From: an uncultured Acidimicrobiaceae bacterium
GTDB taxonomy: Bacteria; Actinomycetota; Acidimicrobiia; Acidimicrobiales; Ilumatobacteraceae
Assembly: GCA_903919455.1 (NCBI GenBank)
Contig: CAIXIJ010000023.1
Span: 2,626 to 66,625, forward strand
Length of the DNA: 64,000 nt
Direction of reading: 5' to 3'
The number at the start of each line of letters is the position of its first letter. The first letter of the stretch is position 1. This document shows positions 27,109 through 35,603 of this stretch, in pieces. The translations under genes were made by a program, and so were the position numbers. The notes beneath the pieces are model-generated. The model saw only the letters and a program-made list of their open reading frames with translations, was not told the origin of the DNA and did no database searches.

Positions 27109-28479
27109 TTACACCCCGCGGGCGGCGTTGCCGAACTTGGTGTACTGACCGCGGAACACCAGGCGCGCCACGCCCGTGGGGCCCGAACGGTGTTTCGCCA
27201 CGATGAGTTCCGCCGACGCCTTGTCGGGCGAGTCGCGGTTGTAGACCTCGTCGCGGTAGAGGAACATCACCACGTCGGCGTCCTGCTCGAGCGAGCCAGA
27301 CTCACGTAGGTCGGCCAGCATCGGGCGCTTGTCGGCGCGGCTCTCCAGTGTTCGACTGAGCTGGCTGAGCGCAATAATCGGTGTCTGGAGCTCGCGGGCG
27401 AGGATCTTCAGACCTCGACTGATCTCGCTCACCTCCAACTGACGGTTCTCGGCATTGGCGCCACCGCTCATCAGTTGGAGGTAGTCGATCATGATCAGGC
27501 CGATGCCACCGCTGCGGGCCTTCAGGCGCCGCGCCTTGGCGCGAATCTCCATCACCGTCACCCGCGGGTTGTCGTCGAGGTACAGCGGGATGCCTTCGAT
27601 GCGGTTGATCGCCCGACCGATCTTCGACCAATCGGGCTCCTGCAGGCGGCCGGTGCGCAGCTTCTGGCTCTCCACCTCGGCCTCGCTGGACAGGATTCTC
27701 TGGGTGAGTTCGGCGTGGCCCATTTCCAAGGAGAACACCAGCACGGGCTTGTGGGTGGTCTTGGCCACGTTGAGGGCGATACCGAGACCGAGTGCCGTCT
27801 TGCCCATGGCAGGACGAGCACCAATGATGTTCAGAGTGCTCGGCTGCAGACCCGACAACAGTTCGTCGAGATCGTTGTATCCCGTGGGCACACCGGTGAT
27901 GGAGTCGCCACGCTCGAAGGTGGCCTGGAGTTCGTCCATCGCCTCGGGCAGCAGCTCCGACAGAGGGCGGGTGGAATCCACCACCCGGTCTTCAGCCACC
28001 TCGAACACCTTGGTCTCAGCTTCATCGAGCGCCTTGGTGACGTCGTCGGGCTCCATGTAGGCGAGTTCGGTGATCTCGCCCGCCACGCTGATGAGCTTGC
28101 GCAGCATCGCCGTGTCTTGCACGATCTTCGCGTAGCGGTGTGCGTTGGAGATGGCCGGCGTGGCGTTCTGCAGTTCATTCAGCGCCTGGGCACCACCGAT
28201 GTCGTCGAGCAGGCCGTTGCGGCGCAGTTCGTCGCTCACGGTCACGATGTCGACCGCATGGCCGTTGGCCATCAGACCGCGAATGGCTTCGTAGATGTGC
28301 TGGTGCGCCGGCTTGTAGAAGTGCTCCACTCGCATCTGCAGTTCGGCCACCTGGCCAACTACATCGCGCGACAGCAGCAGGGCACCGAGGAGGCTTTCCT
28401 CTGCGTGCAGGTTGTGCGGGGGCACCCGCGACTCGAGTCGGCGGGGGGAAGAACTGCGGTCGTTGCGGGCGTCGGACAT
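27109..28479 (-). CDS. dnaB: Replicative DNA helicase DnaB
   Basis: 456 aa with the motifs PPHNLHAEESLLGALL, Walker A GARPAMGKT and IDYLQLM. No intein insertion is apparent. Confidence 0.97.
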   Translation of the reverse strand: MSDARNDRSSSPRRLESRVPPHNLHAEESLLGALLLSRDVVGQVAELQMRVEHFYKPAHQHIYEAIRGLMANGHAVDIVTVSDELRRNGLLDDIGGAQALNELQNATPAISNAHRYAKIVQDTAMLRKLISVAGEITELAYMEPDDVTKALDEAETKVFEVAEDRVVDSTRPLSELLPEAMDELQATFERGDSITGVPTGYNDLDELLSGLQPSTLNIIGARPAMGKTALGLGIALNVAKTTHKPVLVFSLEMGHAELTQRILSSEAEVESQKLRTGRLQEPDWSKIGRAINRIEGIPLYLDDNPRVTVMEIRAKARRLKARSGGIGLIMIDYLQLMSGGANAENRQLEVSEISRGLKILARELQTPIIALSQLSRTLESRADKRPMLADLRESGSLEQDADVVMFLYRDEVYNRDSPDKASAELIVAKHRSGPTGVARLVFRGQYTKFGNAARGV

Positions 28480-28505
28480 GATGCACCTACCTTGCCGGTT
28501 CGGGG

Positions 28506-28632
28506 CTGTGGATCGCTAGAGGGCACTTCCTGGGGACGGTCCTGTGGACAACTGGATAGTTGCGGGCGCAACACAGCCCCGGATACCTGCCAAGGGCAGG
28601 TACGCCGGGGCTGTGGACAACCCTGTGGGGAA
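28506..28632. promoter_or_regulatory. Cluster of DnaA-box-like 9-mers in the rplI-dnaB spacer
   Basis: TGTGGACAA (reverse complement of TTGTCCACA) occurs perfectly at 28543-28551 and 28612-28620. Near matches are CTGTGGATC at 28506-28514 and TGTGGGGAA at 28624-28632. Confidence 0.5.
28574..28613 (-). terminator. Extended hairpin downstream of rplI (terminator/attenuator candidate)
   Basis: CAGCCCCGG-ATA-CCTGCC-AAG-GGCAGG-TACG-CCGGGGCTG forms 9-bp and 6-bp helices. There is no U-tract. Confidence 0.4.
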
Positions 28633-28643
28633 ACCCCGGGCGA

Positions 28644-29087
28644 TTACTTTGCGAGCACCTCAAGGGTGATGGGGAACTCCACGTCGTGGTGCAGCTTGGC
28701 CGACACCTGGTGGGTACCCGTGGTCTTGATGTGCTCCACGTGCAGCTTGCGACGATCGAGGTCGATATGCGCCTGCTCGTGGATGGCCGCGGCCACATCG
28801 GCAGCCGTGACCGAACCGAACAGTCGACCCTCGGCGCCAGCCTTCACCTTGATGGTGATGGTGGTGGAGACGAGCTTCGACGCAACAGCCTGGGCGCTTT
28901 CGCGGTCCGCGGCATCGCGAAGATCGCGTGCACGGCGCATGGCCGTTGCCTGCGACACCGCACCATCGGTGGCAGTGAACGCATGGCCCTTCGGCAGAAG
29001 GAAGTTGCGGGCATGGCCCTCGGACACCTCGACGATGTCGCCGCGCTTGCCGAGACCCTTGAGGTCGGAACGAAGAATGACCTTCAT
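28644..29087 (-). CDS. rplI: 50S ribosomal protein L9
   Basis: 147 aa starting MKVILRSDLKGLGKRGDIVEVSEGHARNFLLPKG. Confidence 0.97.
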   Translation of the reverse strand: MKVILRSDLKGLGKRGDIVEVSEGHARNFLLPKGHAFTATDGAVSQATAMRRARDLRDAADRESAQAVASKLVSTTITIKVKAGAEGRLFGSVTAADVAAAIHEQAHIDLDRRKLHVEHIKTTGTHQVSAKLHHDVEFPITLEVLAK

Positions 29088-29090
29088 GAC

Positions 29091-29522
29091 TCAGGCCTCC
29101 CCATCTTCGGTGCCATCGGTGGTCTCGACCTCGTCGGTCTCGATTTCCTCGACCTCGGTGCTCTCGACCTGACTCTGCTGGACCTGATCGCGGTCCGCAC
29201 GCGGGCCGCGCTCGCCGCGCTCGCCGTCGCGACCGCCACGACCCGTACGGGTCTGGGCGACGCGCTTGGTATACGGCATGAGCGCCATCTCACGCGAGTT
29301 CTTGATCGCGTTGGCGATCTCGCGCTGCTGCTGGACGCTGTTGCCGGTGACACGGCGGTTGCGGATCTTGGACCGGTCGCTCACGAAACGGGTGAGCAGG
29401 TTGACGTCCTTGTAGTCGATGAACTCGACCTTGTCGGACACCAGGATGCTGGTCTTCTTCTTGATCTTCTTCGGGTTCGCGTCCTTGGAGGACCGAACCT
29501 TGCTGTTCTTCTTGCTGGTCAT
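29091..29522 (-). CDS. rpsR: 30S ribosomal protein S18 with long acidic C-terminal extension
   Basis: 143 aa. The S18 core is [50 protein letters not shown]. About 55 extra residues rich in R/G and then E/D/T follow it. Confidence 0.93.
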   Translation of the reverse strand: MTSKKNSKVRSSKDANPKKIKKKTSILVSDKVEFIDYKDVNLLTRFVSDRSKIRNRRVTGNSVQQQREIANAIKNSREMALMPYTKRVAQTRTGRGGRDGERGERGPRADRDQVQQSQVESTEVEEIETDEVETTDGTEDGEA

Positions 29523-29554
29523 TGTGGATCTTTCTCGAATACTCGAACTGGGTG

Positions 29555-30010
29555 TCAGAAGGGTTCTTCGTCGCCGTACACCGGGTCGGGTGCACGGTTG
29601 AAGCTGCCGTTGCCACTGCCGTTACCGCCGCCGCCCTGACCGCCTGCGCCGCCCTCGCGGGCAACGCGCTCGACTTCAGCACGTGCCCATCGCAGGGACG
29701 GGCCGATCTCGTCGGCGATGATCTCGACCACCGAACGCTTCTCGCCTTCCTTGGTCTCGTACTGGCGCTGCTCGAGCCGACCAGTGACGATGATGCGGGT
29801 GCCCTTGGTGAGCGACGCCGCAGCGTTCTCGCCCAGGGTGCCCCACGCGGACACGTTGAAGAAGGAGGTCTGTTCCTGCCATTCGTTGTTCACCTGATAG
29901 CGGCGGTTCACGGCAACGCCAAAACTGGCGATGCCCCTTCCGCCGTTGGTGAAGCGAAGTTCAGGGTCACGGGTGAGTGTGCCCGTGATGGTGACGGTGC
30001 TGTCGGCCAT
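29555..30010 (-). CDS. ssb: Single-stranded DNA-binding protein
   Basis: 151 aa with an OB fold ([17 protein letters not shown]), a Gly-rich linker and the acidic tip DEEPF. Confidence 0.97.
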   Translation of the reverse strand: MADSTVTITGTLTRDPELRFTNGGRGIASFGVAVNRRYQVNNEWQEQTSFFNVSAWGTLGENAAASLTKGTRIIVTGRLEQRQYETKEGEKRSVVEIIADEIGPSLRWARAEVERVAREGGAGGQGGGGNGSGNGSFNRAPDPVYGDEEPF

Positions 30011-30051
30011 GGGTGGCTCCTTTGCAGAAGTGGCGTGCTACGCCGGTGAGG

Positions 30052-30378
30052 TCAGGCTGCGACCGTAAGGCCGCGGCGAGCCGCCTCGGCATCCGGGAGA
30101 CGCAGCAACTTGTGGCGGACGACATCGTCAGCGATGCGGAAGTTGCGCTCGAGTTCATTGAGCGAACCGCCGGGGGCCACCAGGTTGAACACCACGTAGT
30201 AGCCGAATTCCTTCTTGTTGATGGGGTAGGCGTATTGCCGCTTGCCCCACCAATCAGGCTTGCCATGCACGGTGCCGCCGGCCTTGGTGATGCCATCGGA
30301 GATGGTCTTCACCCAGCCTTGAGCCACCGGCTCGTCGAGATCACCTTCGAGGATGACCATGAGTTCGTATGCACGCAT
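30052..30378 (-). CDS. rpsF: 30S ribosomal protein S6
   Basis: The start is chosen at MRAYELMVIL, with GGGAGGA about 10 nt upstream. 108 aa. Confidence 0.93.
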   Translation of the reverse strand: MRAYELMVILEGDLDEPVAQGWVKTISDGITKAGGTVHGKPDWWGKRQYAYPINKKEFGYYVVFNLVAPGGSLNELERNFRIADDVVRHKLLRLPDAEAARRGLTVAA

Positions 30379-30540
30379 CATGCGTGTGATTCCTCCCTTC
30401 GGACCCGGGGGCTTCCCGGGGCCCCGGAATGGGGCAGGGCCAATATGACCTGGCAAGTGTAGCGGCGAATCGAAACGTCCACGTCCGGGAGTGTGTCAGA
30501 GGGGTGTGACAGGGTTTCCGACGCCGCACGGGGCAACGAT

Positions 30541-33500
30541 TCAGCCCGTTCTCGCGTCGTGACCTGGCAGCGACCGAACGTTCGACCGTCCGGTGGTGGC
30601 TGAGTTCTCGTCGAGGAAGGCTGCGAACTCCACCATCGACATCGGCGCAGCGATGTGGAAGCCCTGGCCGAAGCCACAGCCCAACTCCAACGCCGCCGAC
30701 ACCTCGAGCTGATTCTCGAGACCCTCGGCCACCACATCGATGCCCAGCGATTCCGCCACACCAACGCACGCCGACACGATGGCCCGGTTCACCTTGTCGC
30801 GTTCCAGGTGCATCATGAAGGTGCGGTCGATCTTCACCGCCTGCACCGGCAAACGGCGCAGGTACAGCAGCGAGGCCTGGCCGGTGCCGAAGTCGTCGAT
30901 GCCGAACTTCACGCCCAGGGCATGCAGTGCACCCAAGTTCTCCAGCACCACGGGCCCCGGGGCCACGAGGCCGCGTTCGGTGATCTCCAGCTCCAGCATC
31001 GAGGGCGAGGCACCCGTGGCGATCAGCGCGTCTTCCACCATCGGAATCAGCGCCGGGTCGCCAGCAAGAGTGGGCGGCAAGTTCACGGCCACCCGCAGAC
31101 CGGGAGGCGGACCGGCGTTCATCCACTCCTCGAGCGCCCGGCGGAGAATCCACGACGTGAAGCGAGGTGCCAGGGTGGATTCCTCCACCTCTGCCACGAA
31201 CCGAGCCGGTGGCATCCGACCGATGGTGGGGTGGTTCCAGCGCACGAGTGCTTCGGCACCCACCACGTTGCCGGTGGCCAGATCGATCTGCGGCTGATAC
31301 TCCACGAACAGTTCGTCGTTCGACAGGGCGGCATCCACTTCGGCCAACAACTCCACGCGGGCAACCGGGCCGTCATCCACGGCTGGCTGCCACACGAACG
31401 AGGCCGCATGGCGACGGCGGGCCGTCCAGGCGGCCGACTTGGCCCGCATCACCAACGTGTCGGCGTCGCGACCATGCATCGGCGTGAACGCCAGCCCAGC
31501 CGACACCTCCACGTGCAATCCGACGCGGTCGACCATCACCGGTCGAGCCATCGAAGCAGCAACCGAGTCGGCGAACTCGGTCATCGCACCGCGGTCGGCG
31601 GCATCGATCACCAGAGCAAAGCTGGTGCCGGTGAGTTGGGCCAGGAAGGGCTCTGCACCCGCCACCGAGGCATACCGCTTGGTGGCCATCTTCAGTCGGC
31701 GCTGCACCTCGGACATCACCCGGTCGGCTGTGGCGAATCCGTAGCTGCGCTGTACAGCTTCCACCTGGTCCACCTCGAACACCATCACCGTCAACGAACG
31801 GCGATGCAGCAGCAGGTCGCCCAGTTTCTGGCCGAGATGGAGGTCGAGTCCGCGACGGTTGGGGAGACCCGACACCGGGTCGTGGCGAGCAAGACGCTCG
31901 AGCAGCGATGCCTCCGCGCGCAAGCGGCTGACGTTGCGGAACACCGCGATTCGTCGTTCGCCCGCATACGAAACCGCTACGTCGAACGTGGCGCCATCGG
32001 GCGTGGACATGGAGACACCGTGCGAGAACTCGGAACCGCTCGAGAGCGTGGCCGCTGTTTCCGAATCCAACGTCAGCTCGGACAGTGAGCGCGGCGAGTT
32101 GATGGCCTCCGTGAGGCCGAACACTCCGAGGCCAGCGGCGTTCACGTAGACCACCACGGTGTCTGCGCCCTCGCCGCCGAGCAGCAGCACAGGGTCGGTA
32201 ATGGCATCGACCGACGTGCGGAACTGTTCCTCCGCCGCAGCGCTGCGCTCCAACGCCTCATGAAGGTGCGTCACGTCAGACGCGATCACCATGACAGATG
32301 CCGATCCGTCGCCATTCGGAAGCTCCCGGGTGCTGAACATATGCCGGTGGCGGCTGCCGTCGGACCGTTCGAGTTCCACGAGTTGCTGTACGGGTCGATC
32401 GCCGGTTCGGAGGATCTCGCCAAGTCGTTGTGGTGTCACTTTGGCGCCGTCGATACGGTGCCACTTGTACCCGATATCGGCCACCTGGCTGCCCACCATT
32501 GAGGCCGGATCGGCACGACCGGCCATCTTGGCCGCTGCCGCATTCACCGACTCGATGACGCCATCCGCTGAGATGACGATGATGCCGTCGGTCATCGAGT
32601 CGAACATCGTCGTCAACTGTTGGGTCCTTGCCTCCAGTGCCCGGCGCGCCAGTTCCAGCTCGGTTCTGTCGATCGCCACGGTGAGGAGATGGCTGCCGAC
32701 CCGACGAGCCTGGATCTCCAGGAGCGCTACCACTCGGCCCGGCAAGGGTTGCACGAGGTTGTCGACCACCAGTTCATGCACGTCGCCGCGAGGGTCGAAC
32801 CACGCAGCACGATAGAGATCCAGCACCAGATTCACTTCCGGATCACTCGGCCAAATCTCCGACGACTTCCGCCCTCGGTGCGGTTCGGGACGGGGATCCA
32901 GCAACTCGGCAACGCTGTTGGCGAACTCCACCCTCGTGTCGACGAGCTGGCCGGTCTCATCGAACAACGGTGTGTGGAGATGCATCGGTTGCGCCATCAG
33001 GTCGACCGTCATCTGCAACTGGTCGGCCAATTGGCGGAGCTCCTGCTCGCCCGTTCGATCCAGCCCGACCTGCACGATGTCGTCGCCCAAGCGGAAGGTC
33101 TCCACCTCGTGCAATCGCACGCCGCCGGCATCCAGAACGTGGCCGCGCACGACCTCATATCGATGCACGCCACCGGACCACGCCTTGGTGGCGGCATCCA
33201 GTGCCAACTCCGGCGCCACGAACGATCCGCTGGCCACCACGCCGCGCCCCGGGCTGAGTGTGGGGTTCTGTTCCAGCGCCACATGGTTGGCGTCGATAAC
33301 CACTAGTTCCGCCACAACTCCATCGAGGAACACCGGTGAGCACACCAACACTGGCTGGGTGAGGTTCTGGAACAGCTCTCGACGACGCTGATGGGATCGA
33401 TCCGCCTCCCTGGAGGCCGCCAGCTCGTCGGTGCGATCGAGGAGTGTGATCATCAGCAGATCACCGATGCGCTCCAAGGTGACGTTCAGGTAGAGCAGGC

Positions 33501-33852
33501 GACCGGACAGTGACTCAAAGTCGACGGCCTGAGCGATCGGGCCCTGCGTCACCCATGCCCGCCTCATGAGTTGGCGAGAGACCTCGAACCGAATGTCGTC
33601 GGCCAACATACTTTGGCCAACCGACGCGTTGAGCAGCCTCGCGGCCCGCGGGTTGACGTACTCCACCGTGGCGCCGGTGCCCATCTCGCCGTTGTCCTGC
33701 CAAGGACGAATGACCATCACTGCCACCGGCAAATGGTCCAGGGCATTGCGCAGCACGTCGCTCACCCCAGACGAACGCTCCACCTCGCTGTCATCAACCG
33801 CTGAATGATCCATAGCAGCAGTACCTCGAAGCACCTTCGGTTTCGTGTGCAT
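30541..33852 (-). CDS. Multi-PAS signalling protein with degenerate GGDEF domain and intact EAL phosphodiesterase domain
   Basis: The start at ATG 33852 follows GGGAGGAG by 5 nt. The GGDEF position reads QLTGTSFAL. The EAL domain has EYQPQ, GAEALVRW, DDFGTG and EGLE. The N-terminal 192 aa of the track ORF overlap the upstream gene and are rejected. Confidence 0.88.
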   Translation of the reverse strand: MHTKPKVLRGTAAMDHSAVDDSEVERSSGVSDVLRNALDHLPVAVMVIRPWQDNGEMGTGATVEYVNPRAARLLNASVGQSMLADDIRFEVSRQLMRRAWVTQGPIAQAVDFESLSGRLLYLNVTLERIGDLLMITLLDRTDELAASREADRSHQRRRELFQNLTQPVLVCSPVFLDGVVAELVVIDANHVALEQNPTLSPGRGVVASGSFVAPELALDAATKAWSGGVHRYEVVRGHVLDAGGVRLHEVETFRLGDDIVQVGLDRTGEQELRQLADQLQMTVDLMAQPMHLHTPLFDETGQLVDTRVEFANSVAELLDPRPEPHRGRKSSEIWPSDPEVNLVLDLYRAAWFDPRGDVHELVVDNLVQPLPGRVVALLEIQARRVGSHLLTVAIDRTELELARRALEARTQQLTTMFDSMTDGIIVISADGVIESVNAAAAKMAGRADPASMVGSQVADIGYKWHRIDGAKVTPQRLGEILRTGDRPVQQLVELERSDGSRHRHMFSTRELPNGDGSASVMVIASDVTHLHEALERSAAAEEQFRTSVDAITDPVLLLGGEGADTVVVYVNAAGLGVFGLTEAINSPRSLSELTLDSETAATLSSGSEFSHGVSMSTPDGATFDVAVSYAGERRIAVFRNVSRLRAEASLLERLARHDPVSGLPNRRGLDLHLGQKLGDLLLHRRSLTVMVFEVDQVEAVQRSYGFATADRVMSEVQRRLKMATKRYASVAGAEPFLAQLTGTSFALVIDAADRGAMTEFADSVAASMARPVMVDRVGLHVEVSAGLAFTPMHGRDADTLVMRAKSAAWTARRRHAASFVWQPAVDDGPVARVELLAEVDAALSNDELFVEYQPQIDLATGNVVGAEALVRWNHPTIGRMPPARFVAEVEESTLAPRFTSWILRRALEEWMNAGPPPGLRVAVNLPPTLAGDPALIPMVEDALIATGASPSMLELEITERGLVAPGPVVLENLGALHALGVKFGIDDFGTGQASLLYLRRLPVQAVKIDRTFMMHLERDKVNRAIVSACVGVAESLGIDVVAEGLENQLEVSAALELGCGFGQGFHIAAPMSMVEFAAFLDENSATTGRSNVRSLPGHDARTG

Positions 33853-33905
33853 CGTCGCTCCTCCCGCCGCGTTCGGGTGATCCAAGGTCGATCGACTTCC
33901 CTGTT

Positions 33906-33931
33906 GAACAGTGTCTACCGAGAACAGTGTC
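33906..33931. promoter_or_regulatory. Direct repeat GAACAGTGTC x2 (16-bp phase) in the leader/promoter of the PAS-GGDEF-EAL gene
   Basis: Copies lie at 33906-33915 and 33922-33931. The nearby palindrome TCACGA-A-TCGTGA is at 33972-33984. Confidence 0.35.
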
Positions 33932-34045
33932 CAGTAATTCGGGGTCTGTTGCCAGTCAGTTTGCCGATCGTTCACGAATCGTGACCCAAGCACTACGTTG
34001 AGTGCTGATGCGGATTCGGTTGAACACCGTTGGCGACGGTGTCGG

Positions 34046-34450
34046 TCAGCGTTGGGCCCAGTCGCCGTGCTCGAGATGACGCACCAGCAGTGCATCCTCG
34101 CCGCACTCGTAGGCCCACGCGGCATGGCCGCTCTCGCTACGCACCACCACTCGCCGATACAAGCCACGCACGGCACCCTCCACCTCATCGAGGTGGGCGA
34201 GAGCCTCCGACTCGCGGACGAGTTCGTAGATGCGGCCGGTGATGCGGCCAGACCCACCGAAACGGGCTGCCGGATACTCCAGACCCGTGTCGTACACGTC
34301 GCCGGCGACGAACGTGTCGATGCCGTCACCCACCACATAGGGCTCGAGATAGCGCCAGCGCACCTCACCGGGCCGCAACGTGCCATACACGAACAGGTGA
34401 CGCACATCGCCGTGATTAGCCATGCCATCGTTCATGACGTCGGCGCTCAT
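34046..34450 (-). CDS. Gamma-glutamylcyclotransferase-like (AIG2/GGCT fold) protein
   Basis: Contains LFVYGTLRPGEVRW...GDVYDTGLEYPAA...GRIYEL. ATG 34450 overlaps the stop of the upstream gene (ATGA). Alternative starts are 34435 and 34423. Confidence 0.75.
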   Translation of the reverse strand: MSADVMNDGMANHGDVRHLFVYGTLRPGEVRWRYLEPYVVGDGIDTFVAGDVYDTGLEYPAARFGGSGRITGRIYELVRESEALAHLDEVEGAVRGLYRRVVVRSESGHAAWAYECGEDALLVRHLEHGDWAQR

Positions 34451-34869
34451 GATGTCGAAGCAGGCGACGATTGCGTGCGCGCCCGACGCGACCGACCCAC
34501 TGGCAACACGCGTAGCAGGTGGTGCCAGCGGCACGACACACACGCCTCCACCACGTACGCCGTCAGTTCGTCGGGCCGAGCGTTCAACGTGGCCAATTCC
34601 TTGGCGGTCGAAACCACCCGACCGTGCGAAGGCAACCGCGGACCGAACACGTAGGTGATGAGCTTCAATTCGGGCTGCTCGCAGATCGGGCACGAGATGG
34701 TCGCCGAGGAACCCACGTTGCGGGCGGCGCGGATGAGTTCGGGGTGCGCATCGCACACCTGGTCCTGTCGGAGACGGCCCCGGTGGAACTCGTTGATCAG
34801 GTGACGACGCGACAGTCGGTGGTCCACCACGGCGCCATTGCCGCGCAGCGCTCCAACACCGAACGTCAT
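34447..34869 (-). CDS. Conserved actinobacterial hypothetical protein (DUF5318-like) with CPICE...C..C Cys cluster
   Basis: About 140 aa containing VVDHRLSRRHLINEFHRGRLRQDQVCDAHPELIRAARNVG...CPICE. This type of gene neighbours the rpsF-dnaB block in other actinobacteria. The start is 34869 or 34878. Confidence 0.65.
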   Translation of the reverse strand: MTFGVGALRGNGAVVDHRLSRRHLINEFHRGRLRQDQVCDAHPELIRAARNVGSSATISCPICEQPELKLITYVFGPRLPSHGRVVSTAKELATLNARPDELTAYVVEACVSCRWHHLLRVLPVGRSRRARTQSSPASTS

Positions 34870-35527
34870 GACGAGCAAGGCTACCGATGTTCGTCACGGC
34901 CGTCTCATCCACCGAGCACTGGCGCTCGCGGGGCACACTAGGGAGATGAGCATCTGGTACGGCGCCAATGTCGCCGACGAGAACGAACTCCGTTTGTGCG
35001 GCGACGTGAACGGTAAGAGGGTCATCGAGTTGGGTATCGCACCCAGTCCGAACGCCATCAACATGGCCTTGGCTGGTGCGAAGTCCATCGCCCTCGACCC
35101 CGACCCGCAGGCAATCGCCACGTTGCGGGCCGCCGCTACCCGCAACGAGGTCACCGTCGAGTGCCACCAGGGCGAACTGGCCGACCTCGGTTTTGTCACC
35201 AGCGGCTCGGTCGACCTGGTCCTCGCCTCGCACTCGCTCGACGCGGTCGACGACCTGCCCCGACTGCTGCGTCAGGTGCATCGCGTGCTGAAGCCCGGTA
35301 CGCCCTTCGTGGTGGCCATCGCCCACCCGGTGGCGGCAATGCTCGGGCCCGACCACAACCTGCTCTACGCGTACGGCGCGAACAGTCGGTCGTTCAGTGA
35401 GCTGTACCTCGCCTTCGACCGCAGCAACTTCCGTATCGACACCATGTACGAGTTGAACGATCGGCGCAGCCGCGATGCCGTCTCGCCATCGGTGCTCGTA
35501 CTGCGCGCCCGCAAACAGGGCGACTGA
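34868..35527 (+). CDS. Class I SAM-dependent methyltransferase
   Basis: Motif I-like VIELGIAPSPNA and post-I/II segments (VDLVLASHSLDAV, VLKPGTPFVV). The start is uncertain (ATG 34868 or 34946). Confidence 0.75.
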   Translation: MTSKATDVRHGRLIHRALALAGHTREMSIWYGANVADENELRLCGDVNGKRVIELGIAPSPNAINMALAGAKSIALDPDPQAIATLRAAATRNEVTVECHQGELADLGFVTSGSVDLVLASHSLDAVDDLPRLLRQVHRVLKPGTPFVVAIAHPVAAMLGPDHNLLYAYGANSRSFSELYLAFDRSNFRIDTMYELNDRRSRDAVSPSVLVLRARKQGD

Positions 35528-35603
35528 CGCCTCCACACCAGCATCGCGGACCACCACCTTCAGCGGGGTCCGAAGTGGTCCCCGTCGAGCGGACTGCCCA
35601 CGG

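Noticed and set aside
33853-34428. The N-terminal 192 codons of the 1295-aa track ORF for the GGDEF/EAL protein
   Set aside because: This part overlaps the GGCT-like gene in another frame, is Cys/Trp/Arg-rich nonsense, and an excellent SD precedes the internal ATG at 33852.
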